Source of the DNA: an uncultured Candidatus Binatia bacterium
GTDB lineage: Bacteria > Desulfobacterota > Binatia > Bin18
Direction of reading: 5' to 3'
NCBI GenBank assembly: GCA_965200355.1
Contig: OZ241351.1
Coordinates: 529,884 to 593,883, forward strand
Length of the DNA: 64,000 nt
Notes under the pieces: model-generated
Databases searched by the model: none
The model's input: only the letters and a program-made list of their open reading frames with translations
Told to the model about the DNA's origin: nothing
Translations under genes and position numbers: made by a program
Shown: positions 35,513-46,365 of the stretch, piece by piece
Layout of the letters: each line of letters starts with the position of its first letter
Numbering within the stretch: the first letter of the stretch is position 1

Positions 35513-37387
35513 ATGAACGAACCGCAGCGCACCTGCCAGACTGTTGCCCGACTCCTCTTGCTCTGCTTTCTGCTCTATTTTCTGGATCTCGGACGGATCC
35601 CTTTTTACAATTACGAAGAGTCCAAAGAAGCCCTGATCGTCTGGGAAATGGTGAACGGCGGGGGGTGGATTCTCCCCCTTCGGAACGGAGTGGAACAGCC
35701 GCTCAAGCCACCGCTGTTCCACTGGATTGGGGCTACGGTCTCTTTGCTCACTGGCCAGGTGAGCGAGCTGGCCGTCCGTCTCCCTTCTGCCTTGTTTGCC
35801 ACGGCCACCGTCCTGGGGACATTTTTCTTCGGCCGTGCGCTCTGGAACTGGCGCGTCGGACTGCTGGCCGCTTTGATCCTGGGCACCTGCCCGGAATGGG
35901 TCCGGTGGTCCATTAATGCGCGCAGCGATATGGTCCTGCTGTTTTTCCTGACCGCGGCGCAGTTTTTCTTTTTTCGGGTTTTCCAGGAACGCGCGACGCA
36001 ACCACGGACGCTCTTTCTCTTCTATGCCAGCGTCGGTTTTGCCATCCTGGCCAAAGGACCGCTGGGGTTGCTGCTGCCCATCCTGGTTGGAGGCAGCTTT
36101 TTGTGGTGGACCAAAGAACTCGCCTTTCTGCGCCGGCTGCGTCTCGGCCACGGACTGCTGATCGCGGGCGGTATTGCGGCCTCTTGGTATGTGCTGGCCG
36201 TCTTCCAAGGCGGCGGAGAGTTTGTCCAACGCCAGATTCTGGATGAGAATGTGTTCCGATTTTTCGCCAGTGAGAAAGGCGGGCCGAGCCGAGAGCACAC
36301 GTTCTTGTACTACCTGCCAACCCTTGTTGTCGGGATGCTGCCCTGGAGCCTGTTTCTGCCCGCACTCGGGTTGACGCTCTACCGGGCAGACGGCCTCTGG
36401 CGGGAGAAGAAACATCTCTACCTGCTGCTGTGGGTGGGGGTCGAGTTGCTCTTTTTTACCCTCGCGTCCGGGAAACGCAGTAACTATATTCTGCCGCTCT
36501 ATCCGGCCCTGGCGCTCTTGCTCGGGCGGTGGTGGCAGGAATTGATAGAGGGGTCGCGAGTGTTATCAGCGCCTGGAATCAAACGGGTCGTCCGCGGCTG
36601 CGCGCTGGCCCTGGGCGGTGCAGGGCTGCTCATGCTCATTGTGCTCGTGACCCACGGCCTTGGCTTTAATCTGGAGCACCTGATTTCGCCTTTCCTGCAT
36701 CCTCGGGACCGGGCGAATCTGCCCCTTGTCGCGCAGAGCCTCCAAGGTCAGTTTCCGCTCGTCTGTATCTGGATTGTGCTGCTCGTCGGAGCAGCCGGCT
36801 GGTATATCTGGGGGTTGCGCCGGGACCGCTGGGTCCCGGTCTTTGCGGCCTTGACGGTTTCGGTCTCCGCGTCCTTATACTTTGCGAATGCCCTGTTTCA
36901 TCCGCTTCTGGCCCAAGAGCGGACGTATAAACCCTTCATGCTGGGCGTGCGTTCCCTGGTCCAAGACGCCCCGCTGTATTTTTATCACCCCGCCTCTGAT
37001 TATGGGGCTATTTTCTACGCGGACCGTCGGATTCCTGAAATGAACCAGCACGCCCTCCAACCGTCCTCGGACGCTGGGCCCATTGACGCCGCGTCCCCGG
37101 AGAGAAGACCGGGCGGTGTGTCACAGACCGCGGCGACGCTGTATGTCCTCGTCCGTGAGACGGATTGGCCGGCGCTCGCCCAGAGCCAGCCCCACCTTGA
37201 GCGCCTGGTCACGAGTGAGGGCAAGGGACCGAACAAGAAACATCGCCTGGTGCTGGGCGCGCTGCTCGCTCAATCTGAGCAAAAGGGGGACATGGGGGGA
37301 GCCGCCTTACCGGCCCCGTCCGAGTCCGAAGGGGCCGCCTCGCCTGAAACCTCAGGGGAACCCGTGTACGAGAACGCGGCCTCGTGA
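35513..37387 (+). CDS. GT-C fold glycosyltransferase, ArnT/PMT_2-like (GT39/GT83), paralog 1
   Basis: Multi-TM N-terminal half with an acidic loop motif YNYEESKEALIVWEM (compare the ArnT DE.RYAE motif) and PPLFHW. Soluble C-terminal domain. Confidence 0.8.
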   Translation: MNEPQRTCQTVARLLLLCFLLYFLDLGRIPFYNYEESKEALIVWEMVNGGGWILPLRNGVEQPLKPPLFHWIGATVSLLTGQVSELAVRLPSALFATATVLGTFFFGRALWNWRVGLLAALILGTCPEWVRWSINARSDMVLLFFLTAAQFFFFRVFQERATQPRTLFLFYASVGFAILAKGPLGLLLPILVGGSFLWWTKELAFLRRLRLGHGLLIAGGIAASWYVLAVFQGGGEFVQRQILDENVFRFFASEKGGPSREHTFLYYLPTLVVGMLPWSLFLPALGLTLYRADGLWREKKHLYLLLWVGVELLFFTLASGKRSNYILPLYPALALLLGRWWQELIEGSRVLSAPGIKRVVRGCALALGGAGLLMLIVLVTHGLGFNLEHLISPFLHPRDRANLPLVAQSLQGQFPLVCIWIVLLVGAAGWYIWGLRRDRWVPVFAALTVSVSASLYFANALFHPLLAQERTYKPFMLGVRSLVQDAPLYFYHPASDYGAIFYADRRIPEMNQHALQPSSDAGPIDAASPERRPGGVSQTAATLYVLVRETDWPALAQSQPHLERLVTSEGKGPNKKHRLVLGALLAQSEQKGDMGGAALPAPSESEGAASPETSGEPVYENAAS

Positions 37388-37396
37388 CGCCGCCCG

Positions 37397-39175
37397 GTGG
37401 GTGCTGTTCCTACTGCCGAGGAAAAGCTGTTGCAATCCCGCGTTTTCTTCTGTGGCGTGATGCTCAGCCTCTTCTGCGGCCTGATATTCATCTGGGGCCT
37501 GGGTGATATCCCGTTTTATACCAAGGGACAACCGCGCGAGGCGACCGTTGTCTGGGAGATATACCACAATGGAGACTGGGTACTGCCCTTGCGCAACGGC
37601 CATATCATTCCGTCCAAACCTCCGCTCTTTCATTGGCTTGGAACAGCGGCAGCGCTGGCCTGGGGTCAGTTGAGCGAGTTCTCGATTCGGTTTCCTTCTG
37701 CCTTACTGGCGCTGTTGGGCGTGCTCCTGACCTATCGGGCCGGTGCGGCCGTGTGGGGTGTCGAGGCCGGGCTGATTGCTGGGCTGATCCTGGCCACCAG
37801 CTTTGAATGGGTCCGGGCGGCGACAACAGCCCGGGTGGATATGACCCTGACCTTTTTTATGGTCGCCGCCTTTTTCTCTTTTTGGTCCCTCTATCGTCAA
37901 CAACAGGTCGGGTGGCTTGAAGCGCTCAGCTTCTTCTGCCTGCTTGGTCTGGCAACCCTGGCCAAGGGGCCCATTGGTGCGTTGCTCCCAGGATTGGTGG
38001 TCGGCGTCTTCCTGTGTGTCAAACGCGACCTGCGGTTTATCCGTCGGCTGCATCTCGTCACGGGTGGTCTGCTGTTCGTCCTCATCGCCGGGTCGTGGTA
38101 TGGGCTGGCCCTGTGGCAGGGTGGCGAGGCATTTTTTGAGAAGCAGATCATGAAAGAAAATATCCTGCGCTTTTGGGCGAGCGAGTCGGCCGGCGCCGGG
38201 CATGTCCATCCTTTCTATTATTTTATTCCCAATCTGTTTCTGGGCATGGCCCCGTGGAGCTTTTTCTTTCTGCCGCTGTGCTATTTTTTATATCAATGTC
38301 GGCAGGACTGGGCCGAGAAGCATTTTACCTATCTGATTGTCTGGATCGTCACGATTTTCGTGTTCTATTCGGCTTCGAGCAGTAAGCGCACGGTGTATAT
38401 TCTGCCCATCTATCCGGCGCTAGCCCTGCTGCTGGGGGCGTGGTGGCAGGAACTCCGTCGAGGAGAGATCAATCTGCCCCCCGGCTTTCTCACATTGCTG
38501 AAGGCCGTCGGCGCTGTCTGCTGTGGGGTGATCGGTCTGGCCATGCTCGGTGTGCTTGCCCAGGCTGGCGGGTTTGATCCACTGGGGCTGATCCGGCCGT
38601 TTCTGCACCCAAAAGACCAGAGCAATCTGCCTATGTTCACGGGTATCGTTGCCGACTATCCTGGTGCATTTGCCGGCTGGTTTGTAGGTGTTGGCAGCGC
38701 CCTGGCCCTGTTAGTCTGGGGATTGCGACGCCAGTCCTGGGAGCGTGTTTTCGGCGGGTTGGTGGTGTTCGCGACGAGTATCTTTTTGCTCATCAACCAC
38801 GTGATTCAGCCCACGCTTGCCGCGGCGCGGACCTTTCGGCCTTTTATGGGCCGGGTCGTCGAGCGAGCCGGGGAGCAGCCCCTCTTCTTTTTTCGGAGCT
38901 TTGACAGCGGAGCCCTGTATTATGCCGACCGACGTATTCCCTTCTATGCTCCGTCTACCACCCCCCAGACCCGCTATTTTATCCTGCTCTGGGAGGAAGA
39001 GTGGGAGCGCCTTCAGGCCAGAGATTTTGGGGACCGACTTCGTCGTATTGACACCAGCGAAGGCACCGGCCCCAAGGGGAATCACCGCCTCCATCTGGTT
39101 GAAGTCCCGGCCAGCCTCGAACTCCCGCCCTGGGAAGACGACCTGAAGGGCTTGATTCGGAAAGACGCAATGTGA
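37397..39175 (+). CDS. GT-C fold glycosyltransferase, ArnT/PMT_2-like (GT39/GT83), paralog 2
   Basis: Collinear similarity to 35513-37387 (TKGQPREATVVWEI, PPLFHW, FEWVRAATTARVDM). Lies 10 bp downstream of paralog 1. Confidence 0.8.
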   Translation: MGAVPTAEEKLLQSRVFFCGVMLSLFCGLIFIWGLGDIPFYTKGQPREATVVWEIYHNGDWVLPLRNGHIIPSKPPLFHWLGTAAALAWGQLSEFSIRFPSALLALLGVLLTYRAGAAVWGVEAGLIAGLILATSFEWVRAATTARVDMTLTFFMVAAFFSFWSLYRQQQVGWLEALSFFCLLGLATLAKGPIGALLPGLVVGVFLCVKRDLRFIRRLHLVTGGLLFVLIAGSWYGLALWQGGEAFFEKQIMKENILRFWASESAGAGHVHPFYYFIPNLFLGMAPWSFFFLPLCYFLYQCRQDWAEKHFTYLIVWIVTIFVFYSASSSKRTVYILPIYPALALLLGAWWQELRRGEINLPPGFLTLLKAVGAVCCGVIGLAMLGVLAQAGGFDPLGLIRPFLHPKDQSNLPMFTGIVADYPGAFAGWFVGVGSALALLVWGLRRQSWERVFGGLVVFATSIFLLINHVIQPTLAAARTFRPFMGRVVERAGEQPLFFFRSFDSGALYYADRRIPFYAPSTTPQTRYFILLWEEEWERLQARDFGDRLRRIDTSEGTGPKGNHRLHLVEVPASLELPPWEDDLKGLIRKDAM

Positions 39176-39300
39176 CGCCCCAGGCGAGCAAGGGCGCTCA
39201 CTTTCTCAATAGCGCTCTTCGACCTTGAGGAGCTGAGCCAGCCGGTGCAGCGTCACCGCAGAAGGGCTCTAACGATCACCGTCCCTCCCGCTCCCAATTC

Positions 39301-40657
39301 TTAGTTCGCTGTCTCAAACGGGCTCGCTGGTGGCAAACTGGTGGGAGGAGACTGGCGGGCCTTCGCTTCTCGGGTCGCTTGGGTCTCCCGATATTCGCGT
39401 GCCTCCGCGACCCGTACAAACTGCGCCGTTACACCCTTCTTCTTGACGAAATCTTCTACCTCGTCCAGCTTCACATTCTGATAAAACTCTTTTCGCGGGT
39501 TGATCAAGTTCACACGCCGCTCTGCAAAATGTTCGTGGAGCGCCTGCTCAAGCGCTGGTGCGTTATCTGAAAACATCATAGTATGGAGGTCGAAGGGAAA
39601 GGGCACAGAGGCATCTCCCAACTCCTTCACTCGGTCCATAGGCTCCATCCGTCGTGTCATCCCAATCTTAACTACGCCCGGGCCGAATGATCCCTCGTTT
39701 GAGATGACATAGACAAATCCTGATTTTGTGAGCTGTGCCCGAGCTACCGCGCGTTCCTTCCGCTCATGTGTCTCGCTTAGTTTATTCTCTAGGGCGGCAA
39801 TCTGTGCGGTCAGCTTTTCCAACTGTGCCCCTGTTGCCCTATCCGCTGCCGCTTGCGCTTCCTCTAGCGCCTTTTGGTTCCGTGCTTCCTCCCGCTCTGC
39901 TTCTGCCTTGGTCTTTTCCAGTTCTCGTTCCGCTTTCTCTTGCTCCCGCGTCTGTTGCCGCTGTTCGCGAGCCTCCTCGCGTTCTGAGTATTTATTCGTG
40001 CGTGAGCCTGATTTCGTTGAGTTTTTCCTCCAGGTAGGCACCAGTGATGGAAATCTTGACGGCAGCCCCCAGCTTGTTGATGTCAGCATGGGCCTTTTTC
40101 ACTCGCTCTTCTATCTTGCTGATATTATTCCAGGACACTTTGGCAACCGCGGCGTCGCACTCGCCATTGAAAGCCCGGAGTATCACTTTTGTATACTGCC
40201 GCTCCATCTTTTTCCCCTCCGCCCGGCTTCCGTCAATGGTCCATCCGCCAGGAGTTGCAGTGGCCCCGTTCGTCCGGATCAACTCCTTCTGTCGGCCCCG
40301 TACAACCTTCAACTCCGCTTTGTATTCTTCGGATGTGTCGAACTTATAGTGCGGCGAGTAGAGTCTGAACGATATATCCTCCAAGTTCTCTTCGAGGAGG
40401 GAAACCGTGCTCTTCAACTCCTCGTACTTGCTGCTTGCTGATCGGTACTGCTCCTCTAAATCGGTGCGTTTTTCCTGACTTTTCTTCAGGAAGTCCTCAT
40501 GTTCAGCTTTCAGCCGTGCGGATTCCTTTTCCACATCAACGATGGCATTAAAGCGCCTTTCCAGTGCGTTCCTCTTTCGTAAGGTCGAAACAGCGAACAC
40601 GAGGACCACTGGACTACTGGCTGCTAAAAGCCACAGTATAGCCGTTAGAAAATCCAT
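39301..40657 (-). pseudogene. DUF4041 + T5orf172 (GIY-YIG-like nuclease superfamily) domain protein; frameshifted near 40010
   Basis: The N-terminal DUF4041 coiled-coil part is ORF 39992-40657. The C-terminal T5orf172 domain (GFVYVISNEGSFGPGVVKIGMTRRMEPMDRVKELGDASVPFPFD) is in ORF 39301-40089 in another frame. The junction lies in an A-rich run (CACGAATAAATAC). AT-richer than the flanks. Confidence 0.7.
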
Positions 40658-40853
40658 AGCTCACTCCGATTTTCGTATAGATACTTCGTTTGATGGTCTC
40701 CGCTCAAACTCTACCACACCACTCAGGGAAAAACTGTATTAGCATCCGTACAGAATTGACGGACAAAAAGGGGCGGGATAAGTGGATTGGGGCTTAGGGG
40801 GTTCGCATTTTTCTCCCTCTACTTTTTGAGCTTCCCGCCGGCCCGCCAACACT

Positions 40854-40892
40854 CCAAACAAACAAGGGCGGGTTTGATCCCCGCCCTTGTTG
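40854..40892 (-). terminator. rho-independent terminator downstream of hppA
   Basis: GGGCGGG-GAUCAAA-CCCGCCC hairpin followed by UUGUUUGUUUGG on the minus-strand transcript, 20 nt after the hppA stop. Confidence 0.5.
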
Positions 40893-40911
40893 CGTCACAG
40901 TGAAACGCCGG

Positions 40912-42957
40912 CTAGACCAGCAGCGGCGCAATCACCAAGGCCACGACCGACATCAGCTTGATCAGGATATTCAGCGATGGGCCAGAGGTGTCTTTGAATG
41001 GGTCGCCAACCGTGTCGCCAACCACCGCGGCTTTGTGGGCTTCCGAGCCTTTGCCCTCGCCCGCAATCTCCCCCTTTTCAATCGCCTTCTTGGCGTTGTC
41101 CCAGGCTCCGCCGGCGTTGGCCATCAGCAGGGCCAGCAGCACGCCGGTCACGGTAGCCCCGGCCAGCATCCCGCCCAAGGCTGCCGCGCCCAGGGCCAGA
41201 CCGACCACGACCGGAGCAATGACCGCGGTCAGACCGGGCAGGATCATCTCTTTGAGGGCCGCCGCGGTGGAAATATCCACACAGCGGGCCGCATCCGGTC
41301 GCGCGCCTTCCCTGCCTTCGAGCAGGCCGGGGATTTCGCGGAATTGACGCCGGATTTCGTCCACCATCTGCCCGGCGGCCCGACCCACCGCGGTCATGGT
41401 CAGAGCCCCGATAAAGAACGGCAGAATCCCACCCAGCAGCAGGCCAATGACCACGACCGGATCGGTCACCACGATGAGCAGCGGTTCCATGCCGGCTGCC
41501 AGCCGATTCTGGTCAACCGCTTGGGTGAAGGCGGAAAACAAGGCCAGGGCGGTCAGGGCCGCCGAGCCGATGGCAAAGCCTTTGCCCATGGCCGCGGTGG
41601 TGTTGCCCAGGGCGTCCAGGCCGTCGGTAATTTTGCGCACGTCCGGGCCCAGTTCGGCCATCTCGGAAATCCCGCCGGCATTATCAGCCACCGGTCCGTA
41701 GGCGTCCACGGTCATAGTCACCCCGACCGTGGCCAGCATCCCGACGCCGGCAATGCCGATACCGTACAGGCCCGCAAAATGGTTGGCAATAAAAATAGCC
41801 GCGCAAATGGCCAGCACGGGCAGGGCGCAGCTTTCCAGGCCAACCGCCATGCCGTGAATGATATTGGTGGCATAGCCGGTCTTGCTGGCTTCTGCCACCC
41901 GCGTAACCGGGGCGGCTGAGGTGTAGTATTCGGTGATGAGTCCAATCCCGACCCCGACCACGCAGCCGGCGGTGACGGCATAGAATATGCCGGTTGTGAC
42001 CGGGAAGATGGAAACCAGAATCAGAGCCGCGATAATAAAGGCTCCGGCAGCAATAAAACCCGAATAGCGGAGCGCGTTTTGCGGCCCCGAGTTCTTCAGC
42101 GCCTTCATCGAAAAAATGCCCAGAAACGAGGCCAGCAGGCCGACCACGGCCATGCTGAGCGGCAGGGCCATCAGCGCGTTGCGCTCGCCGCCCAGATGGG
42201 TGAAGGCATCGCCGTAGACGGTGGCACCGATGGCAATCGTCGCAATAATGGAGCCGACGTAGGACTCGAAAATGTCCGCGCCCATACCGGCCACGTCACC
42301 GACATTATCCCCCACGTTATCGGCAATCACACCAGGATTACGGGGGTCATCTTCGGGGATGCCTGCCTCGACCTTGCCGACCAGGTCGCTGCCGACGTCC
42401 GCGGCTTTGGTATAAATACCGCCCCCGACCCGAGCAAACAGGGCGATGGAACTGGCGCCCATGGCAAAACCGCTGATGTATGTTGAGGTTTCCGGGTCAG
42501 AGTACAGGCCGAGAAAAGCGCCGACCCCGAGCAGGCCGAGGCTGGCGACCGACAGGCCCATGACCGCCCCGCCATTGAAGGCCACCAGCAGCGCGGCTCC
42601 CTCGCCCTCTGCCCGAGCGGCCTCGGAGGTGCGGACATTGGCCTTGGTGGCCGACTGCATCCCGAGATAGCCGGCCAGCGCGGAACAGATCGCACCAGTC
42701 AGAAAGGCGATACCGGTCTCAACCGCGACATTCAAGGCGAGCAGGACGAAGACGACGAGCACGAAAATAATCAGGATGCGATATTCACGCTTGAGAAAAG
42801 CCATGGCTCCTTCATAGATAGAGCCGGCAATCTCCTGCATCCGGTCATTGCCGGCGGGCTGACCGGAAACGGACCTGAAAATAAGAAACGCCACGACGAG
42901 CCCGACCGCGCCGAGAATTATTGCGTAGAGAGACACCGCATCAGAGTTGATGTCCAT
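40912..42957 (-). CDS. hppA: membrane-bound proton/sodium-translocating pyrophosphatase
   Basis: Multi-TM protein with H+-PPase motifs ([26 protein letters not shown]). Start at MDINSDAV. Confidence 0.9.
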   Translation of the reverse strand: MDINSDAVSLYAIILGAVGLVVAFLIFRSVSGQPAGNDRMQEIAGSIYEGAMAFLKREYRILIIFVLVVFVLLALNVAVETGIAFLTGAICSALAGYLGMQSATKANVRTSEAARAEGEGAALLVAFNGGAVMGLSVASLGLLGVGAFLGLYSDPETSTYISGFAMGASSIALFARVGGGIYTKAADVGSDLVGKVEAGIPEDDPRNPGVIADNVGDNVGDVAGMGADIFESYVGSIIATIAIGATVYGDAFTHLGGERNALMALPLSMAVVGLLASFLGIFSMKALKNSGPQNALRYSGFIAAGAFIIAALILVSIFPVTTGIFYAVTAGCVVGVGIGLITEYYTSAAPVTRVAEASKTGYATNIIHGMAVGLESCALPVLAICAAIFIANHFAGLYGIGIAGVGMLATVGVTMTVDAYGPVADNAGGISEMAELGPDVRKITDGLDALGNTTAAMGKGFAIGSAALTALALFSAFTQAVDQNRLAAGMEPLLIVVTDPVVVIGLLLGGILPFFIGALTMTAVGRAAGQMVDEIRRQFREIPGLLEGREGARPDAARCVDISTAAALKEMILPGLTAVIAPVVVGLALGAAALGGMLAGATVTGVLLALLMANAGGAWDNAKKAIEKGEIAGEGKGSEAHKAAVVGDTVGDPFKDTSGPSLNILIKLMSVVALVIAPLLV

Positions 42958-43245
42958 GTTTTCCTTACCCTCCTCGTTTCTGGGAATACTGAATGACTGC
43001 CCTCCGCAGGGTGGCGGCGCACGAAGGCCACACCCGAGGCGGTACGCGGGGAAGATAAACGCTTCTGCACAAAGAGTAAAGGGCCACACCCTTCTTCATC
43101 CCCCTTGCGTGGCATAGGTGAGACCCCTGGTGGGGTGGCTCTTGCGGGCTGAATCCGTCCCAAGCCGGAGAGGCCGGGGGTGGGTTCCCTGGCGTTCATC
43201 TGGGTATATAACTCGCGTACCCTCAGGCGTGGGAAGGAGACCGTG

Positions 43246-43554
43246 ATGCGACCAGTACGAGATGTTGCAAAAGAAGAGAATTACCGAGTCCAGGTGATTG
43301 GGCCGGGAATGACCGAGACGGTGCGGGAGCCGGTTGAGCCCGAGCCAGTCGGCACCCTGGTCCTGTTACCTTTTCGGGTCGTGGGATACGACACCCAACG
43401 CGATGGCAGTTGTACGGTTCGCCTGGAACATATCCACACCGACGGCAGCACCACGGGCGGGCAGGCCAGCGGTATTGCGCTCCGCCCTACATCGGCCCTC
43501 GTTGTTGGCGAAGAAGAGCTGCCCCGCCTGTTTGCAAGCGGAGCGACAGCATAG
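43246..43554 (+). CDS. hypothetical protein
   Basis: ORF only (MRPVRDVAKEENYRVQVIGPG...). Confidence 0.25.
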   Translation: MRPVRDVAKEENYRVQVIGPGMTETVREPVEPEPVGTLVLLPFRVVGYDTQRDGSCTVRLEHIHTDGSTTGGQASGIALRPTSALVVGEEELPRLFASGATA

Positions 43555-43634
43555 CCGGCTGATGTTCCCGCTGGGAGCGCAGGCTGGAAGCCTGCTGCGG
43601 GGCGGGCAAGATGCCCGCGCTCCCGGAGTGACCT

Positions 43635-44426
43635 CTACATGCGTCTCAAACGGCCCTCGGGATCGACCCTGGTGCGCAGCACGTGCAACTCTTCCTGGGT
43701 TGGTACGGGTGTGGTGGGGACTTGGGAGGGTATGGTGAGGGCAAAGCCGGTTTGGGCCTGCACCGCTTCTGGAGTCACGCCCGGATGGACCGAATGCAGA
43801 CGCATATGTTTGTCTTTGTCGTCAAAATCCATGACGCCCAGCGGAGTGACGCAATACTTGGGGCCTCCGCCGGGCAGCCCCAGTTTTGTGCGGGCGTCCG
43901 CCCCGCCGCGGCCCCAGCCATAGGTGCTCATATAATCGCAGCGCTCAACCAGAATCCGCGGGGAGTGAGAATTCAGCACAATATAATAGCGGCCCACATG
44001 GGTGCTGAGCGTTGGCGTCCCGACCGAACCGGGGCCCCGAAAGCGGAGGGTGGAGTATTCCGGCCCAACGCCGATTAAGTTGGTATTGCCGTGCGGGTCT
44101 ACCTGAACCCCACCAATAAAAAAGACGCGCTTATGCCAGTGCTTGACATCTTCAAAACGATGGCCCGTGTCGCTGAACGATTCGGCCCAGCGTACCACCC
44201 GGCTATCCCAGGCAAAGGCCGGCAGCGGCAGGCTATAGCGGTCGGCCACATTCATGCGGGTGCCAAAGAAGATCAACTCCATATTGGGACCGTGCAGCAG
44301 ATGGGCGAGGCGGACCGCGGCTTCAACAATGGGCATGGCCACGCCGACCATCAAATGTTCCCGGTCTTTCAGGTCGCGGGCCAGAAAAACGGCCATAATT
44401 TCTTGGGCAGAAACATCGCTCGGCAT
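43635..44426 (-). CDS. CoA-transferase family subunit B (glutaconate/3-oxoacid CoA-transferase beta-like)
   Basis: Similarity to CoA-transferase family I beta subunits. Paired with subunit A immediately upstream. Confidence 0.75.
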   Translation of the reverse strand: MPSDVSAQEIMAVFLARDLKDREHLMVGVAMPIVEAAVRLAHLLHGPNMELIFFGTRMNVADRYSLPLPAFAWDSRVVRWAESFSDTGHRFEDVKHWHKRVFFIGGVQVDPHGNTNLIGVGPEYSTLRFRGPGSVGTPTLSTHVGRYYIVLNSHSPRILVERCDYMSTYGWGRGGADARTKLGLPGGGPKYCVTPLGVMDFDDKDKHMRLHSVHPGVTPEAVQAQTGFALTIPSQVPTTPVPTQEELHVLRTRVDPEGRLRRM

Positions 44427-44492
44427 AATGTCTTCCTCGGGAGAGATGCAGTTTCTTCGGGCAGCACCCCGGTCTGTCTACCATCCACACCA

Positions 44493-45374
44493 TTAGTACT
44501 CGTGCAGCTCCAGCAGCCGCCGGATGCCGACCTGCTCTAAATAGTCGGCATGGGTTGCCGGTCCGTGGCAGTAGCGGGCGAAATACGCCTGTAGGGCCGC
44601 CGGGTCGCCCCTGGCCGCGGCGGTTGAGGCGTCCAGATAGTCTTTGAGGTGGGCGTTGTCTTGAATATAATAGCCCCGGCTGTAGAACGGATGAGCGCCG
44701 TAGGGAGCGCGGACGATGGCATCCGTGCCAGCAATCGTGGTGGCCCACGGGTCCTTGCGAATGTCCTCGTTGGCCACGACCTTTTCCACTTGCACGATGG
44801 TGTAGTCTGCGGCGCGCTGCATAAACAGGTCTATCCAGCCTGGTCCACCCCCGTGCTGGACGTTGCCATACGGGTCGGAAACGGCTGCGTGTAAAATGGC
44901 CACATCGGGCCTGATCGGCGGGACGGCCAGCAGGGTCTCGCCCCGAATCGGGTCGGTAAAGACCTTGAGGTCTGGGTTGACTTCCGGCAGGGAAGTCCCG
45001 ACGCCGCCGCGCCACGGCAGAAAGGGCAGCCCCTGGGCCGCGGCCTGGAGGCCCGAGGTGAGAATGCCCTCTTCACATTCCCAGACCTCGATTGCGCCGC
45101 GCTCAGCGGCCCGACGAAAGGCCGGGGCGACCGGGACGCCAAAACCACCGCCGGCGTAATAGCTGACGACTTTTCTGACGCAACCGGCGGCAATGAGCAT
45201 ATCCAGTGACAGGCCGACATCGACAACGGTCAGGTCTTTCAGGCCGCGTCGGATGATCTGATGCACCAGGGCCATTGGAGGCGGGGAACCGATGGCAACC
45301 GTCATGCCGTCTTCGAGCCGACCAGCGGCTTCCATTTCATCAATAACGTGAGAGGTACGTGATTCCACGAGCAT
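44493..45374 (-). CDS. CoA-transferase family subunit A (glutaconate CoA-transferase alpha-like)
   Basis: Similarity to CoA-transferase family I alpha subunits (VAIGSPPPMALVHQIIRRGLKDLTVV). Confidence 0.75.
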   Translation of the reverse strand: MLVESRTSHVIDEMEAAGRLEDGMTVAIGSPPPMALVHQIIRRGLKDLTVVDVGLSLDMLIAAGCVRKVVSYYAGGGFGVPVAPAFRRAAERGAIEVWECEEGILTSGLQAAAQGLPFLPWRGGVGTSLPEVNPDLKVFTDPIRGETLLAVPPIRPDVAILHAAVSDPYGNVQHGGGPGWIDLFMQRAADYTIVQVEKVVANEDIRKDPWATTIAGTDAIVRAPYGAHPFYSRGYYIQDNAHLKDYLDASTAAARGDPAALQAYFARYCHGPATHADYLEQVGIRRLLELHEY

Positions 45375-45506
45375 TCCTTCCCTGTGACACGGCTCAGGAC
45401 CGATATACGCCCCCGTCCCGGTGTTCGCAAGAGAACGCTAGGCAGGAACCCCCAAGCCTTCAATTATGATTTACGGACCTTTCGAGGTGGGGTACATTGA
45501 ACGACG

Positions 45507-45944
45507 ATGGACAGCGCCTTGCAGGAGGGCAAGACTATGGCAAAGAATGTACGGGCCATTATGAGTGCCGAGGTGACCACGTTGGGACGGAACGACACCC
45601 TGCTGTTGGCCGAGGATATTATGAGCCTCGACCGTATCCGGCATTTCCCAGTCGTCGAACACGATGAACTGGTCGGGGTGGTCAGCCAGCGCGACCTGTA
45701 TCGGGCCTCGCTCGGCACCGCCATGCAGTATGGAGAAAAAGCCCAGCGCGCCTTTCTGGAAAGCGTTGCGGTCAAAGAAGTCATGGCCGATCCGATTTCC
45801 ATCGGCCCGGACGCAACGATTCAGGACGCCGCCCGGCTGATGATAGAGCACAAGATCGGCTGCCTGCCCGTGCTGGAGGACCGCCGGCTGGTTGGCATTG
45901 TGACCGAGACCGATATGCTGCAAGTCGTAGTAGATATGGCCTGA
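45507..45944 (+). CDS. CBS-pair domain protein
   Basis: Two CBS motifs (VMSAEVTTLGRNDTLLLAEDIMSLDRIRHFPVV; GCLPVLEDRRLVGIVTETDMLQVV). Confidence 0.8.
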   Translation: MDSALQEGKTMAKNVRAIMSAEVTTLGRNDTLLLAEDIMSLDRIRHFPVVEHDELVGVVSQRDLYRASLGTAMQYGEKAQRAFLESVAVKEVMADPISIGPDATIQDAARLMIEHKIGCLPVLEDRRLVGIVTETDMLQVVVDMA

Positions 45945-46013
45945 GGCTTGCCCTCGGGTGGGGCAGACTGACACCATCAGCGGAAGCGATCATAACCGCG
46001 AGGAGGATTTCTC

Positions 46014-46361
46014 ATGGAAGACAAAGACCGGCTGGGAACGAAGCTGCAACAAAAAAAACAGGCCGAAGAAGGCCGCTATTTTGCGCAACGCGACCGCGAG
46101 TTAATCAACAAGATGAAAGAGCAGCGTGAGGCCGAGCACGAGGAGGAGATCCGTGAGTTGGCCCTGAATCGTTGCCCCAAATGCGGAGTGCGACTGACCA
46201 CGCGGCTCATTGAAGACGTTGAGATTGACGAGTGCGGGCCGTGCCAAGGCATGTGGCTTGATAAGGGTGAACTGGAAGCCATGTCCGCACAGAAGGGCAG
46301 TCGCTGGGCCAAGCAGTTTTTCGACGGCATGGGCCGCATCCTGACTGGCCCCAAAAGCTAA
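46014..46361 (+). CDS. zinc-ribbon (zf-TFIIB-like) domain protein
   Basis: CPKCGVRL...CGPCQGMWLDKGELE is the CxxC...CxxC-GxWxDxGEL zinc-ribbon signature. Confidence 0.55.
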   Translation: MEDKDRLGTKLQQKKQAEEGRYFAQRDRELINKMKEQREAEHEEEIRELALNRCPKCGVRLTTRLIEDVEIDECGPCQGMWLDKGELEAMSAQKGSRWAKQFFDGMGRILTGPKS

Positions 46362-46365
46362 CCGC

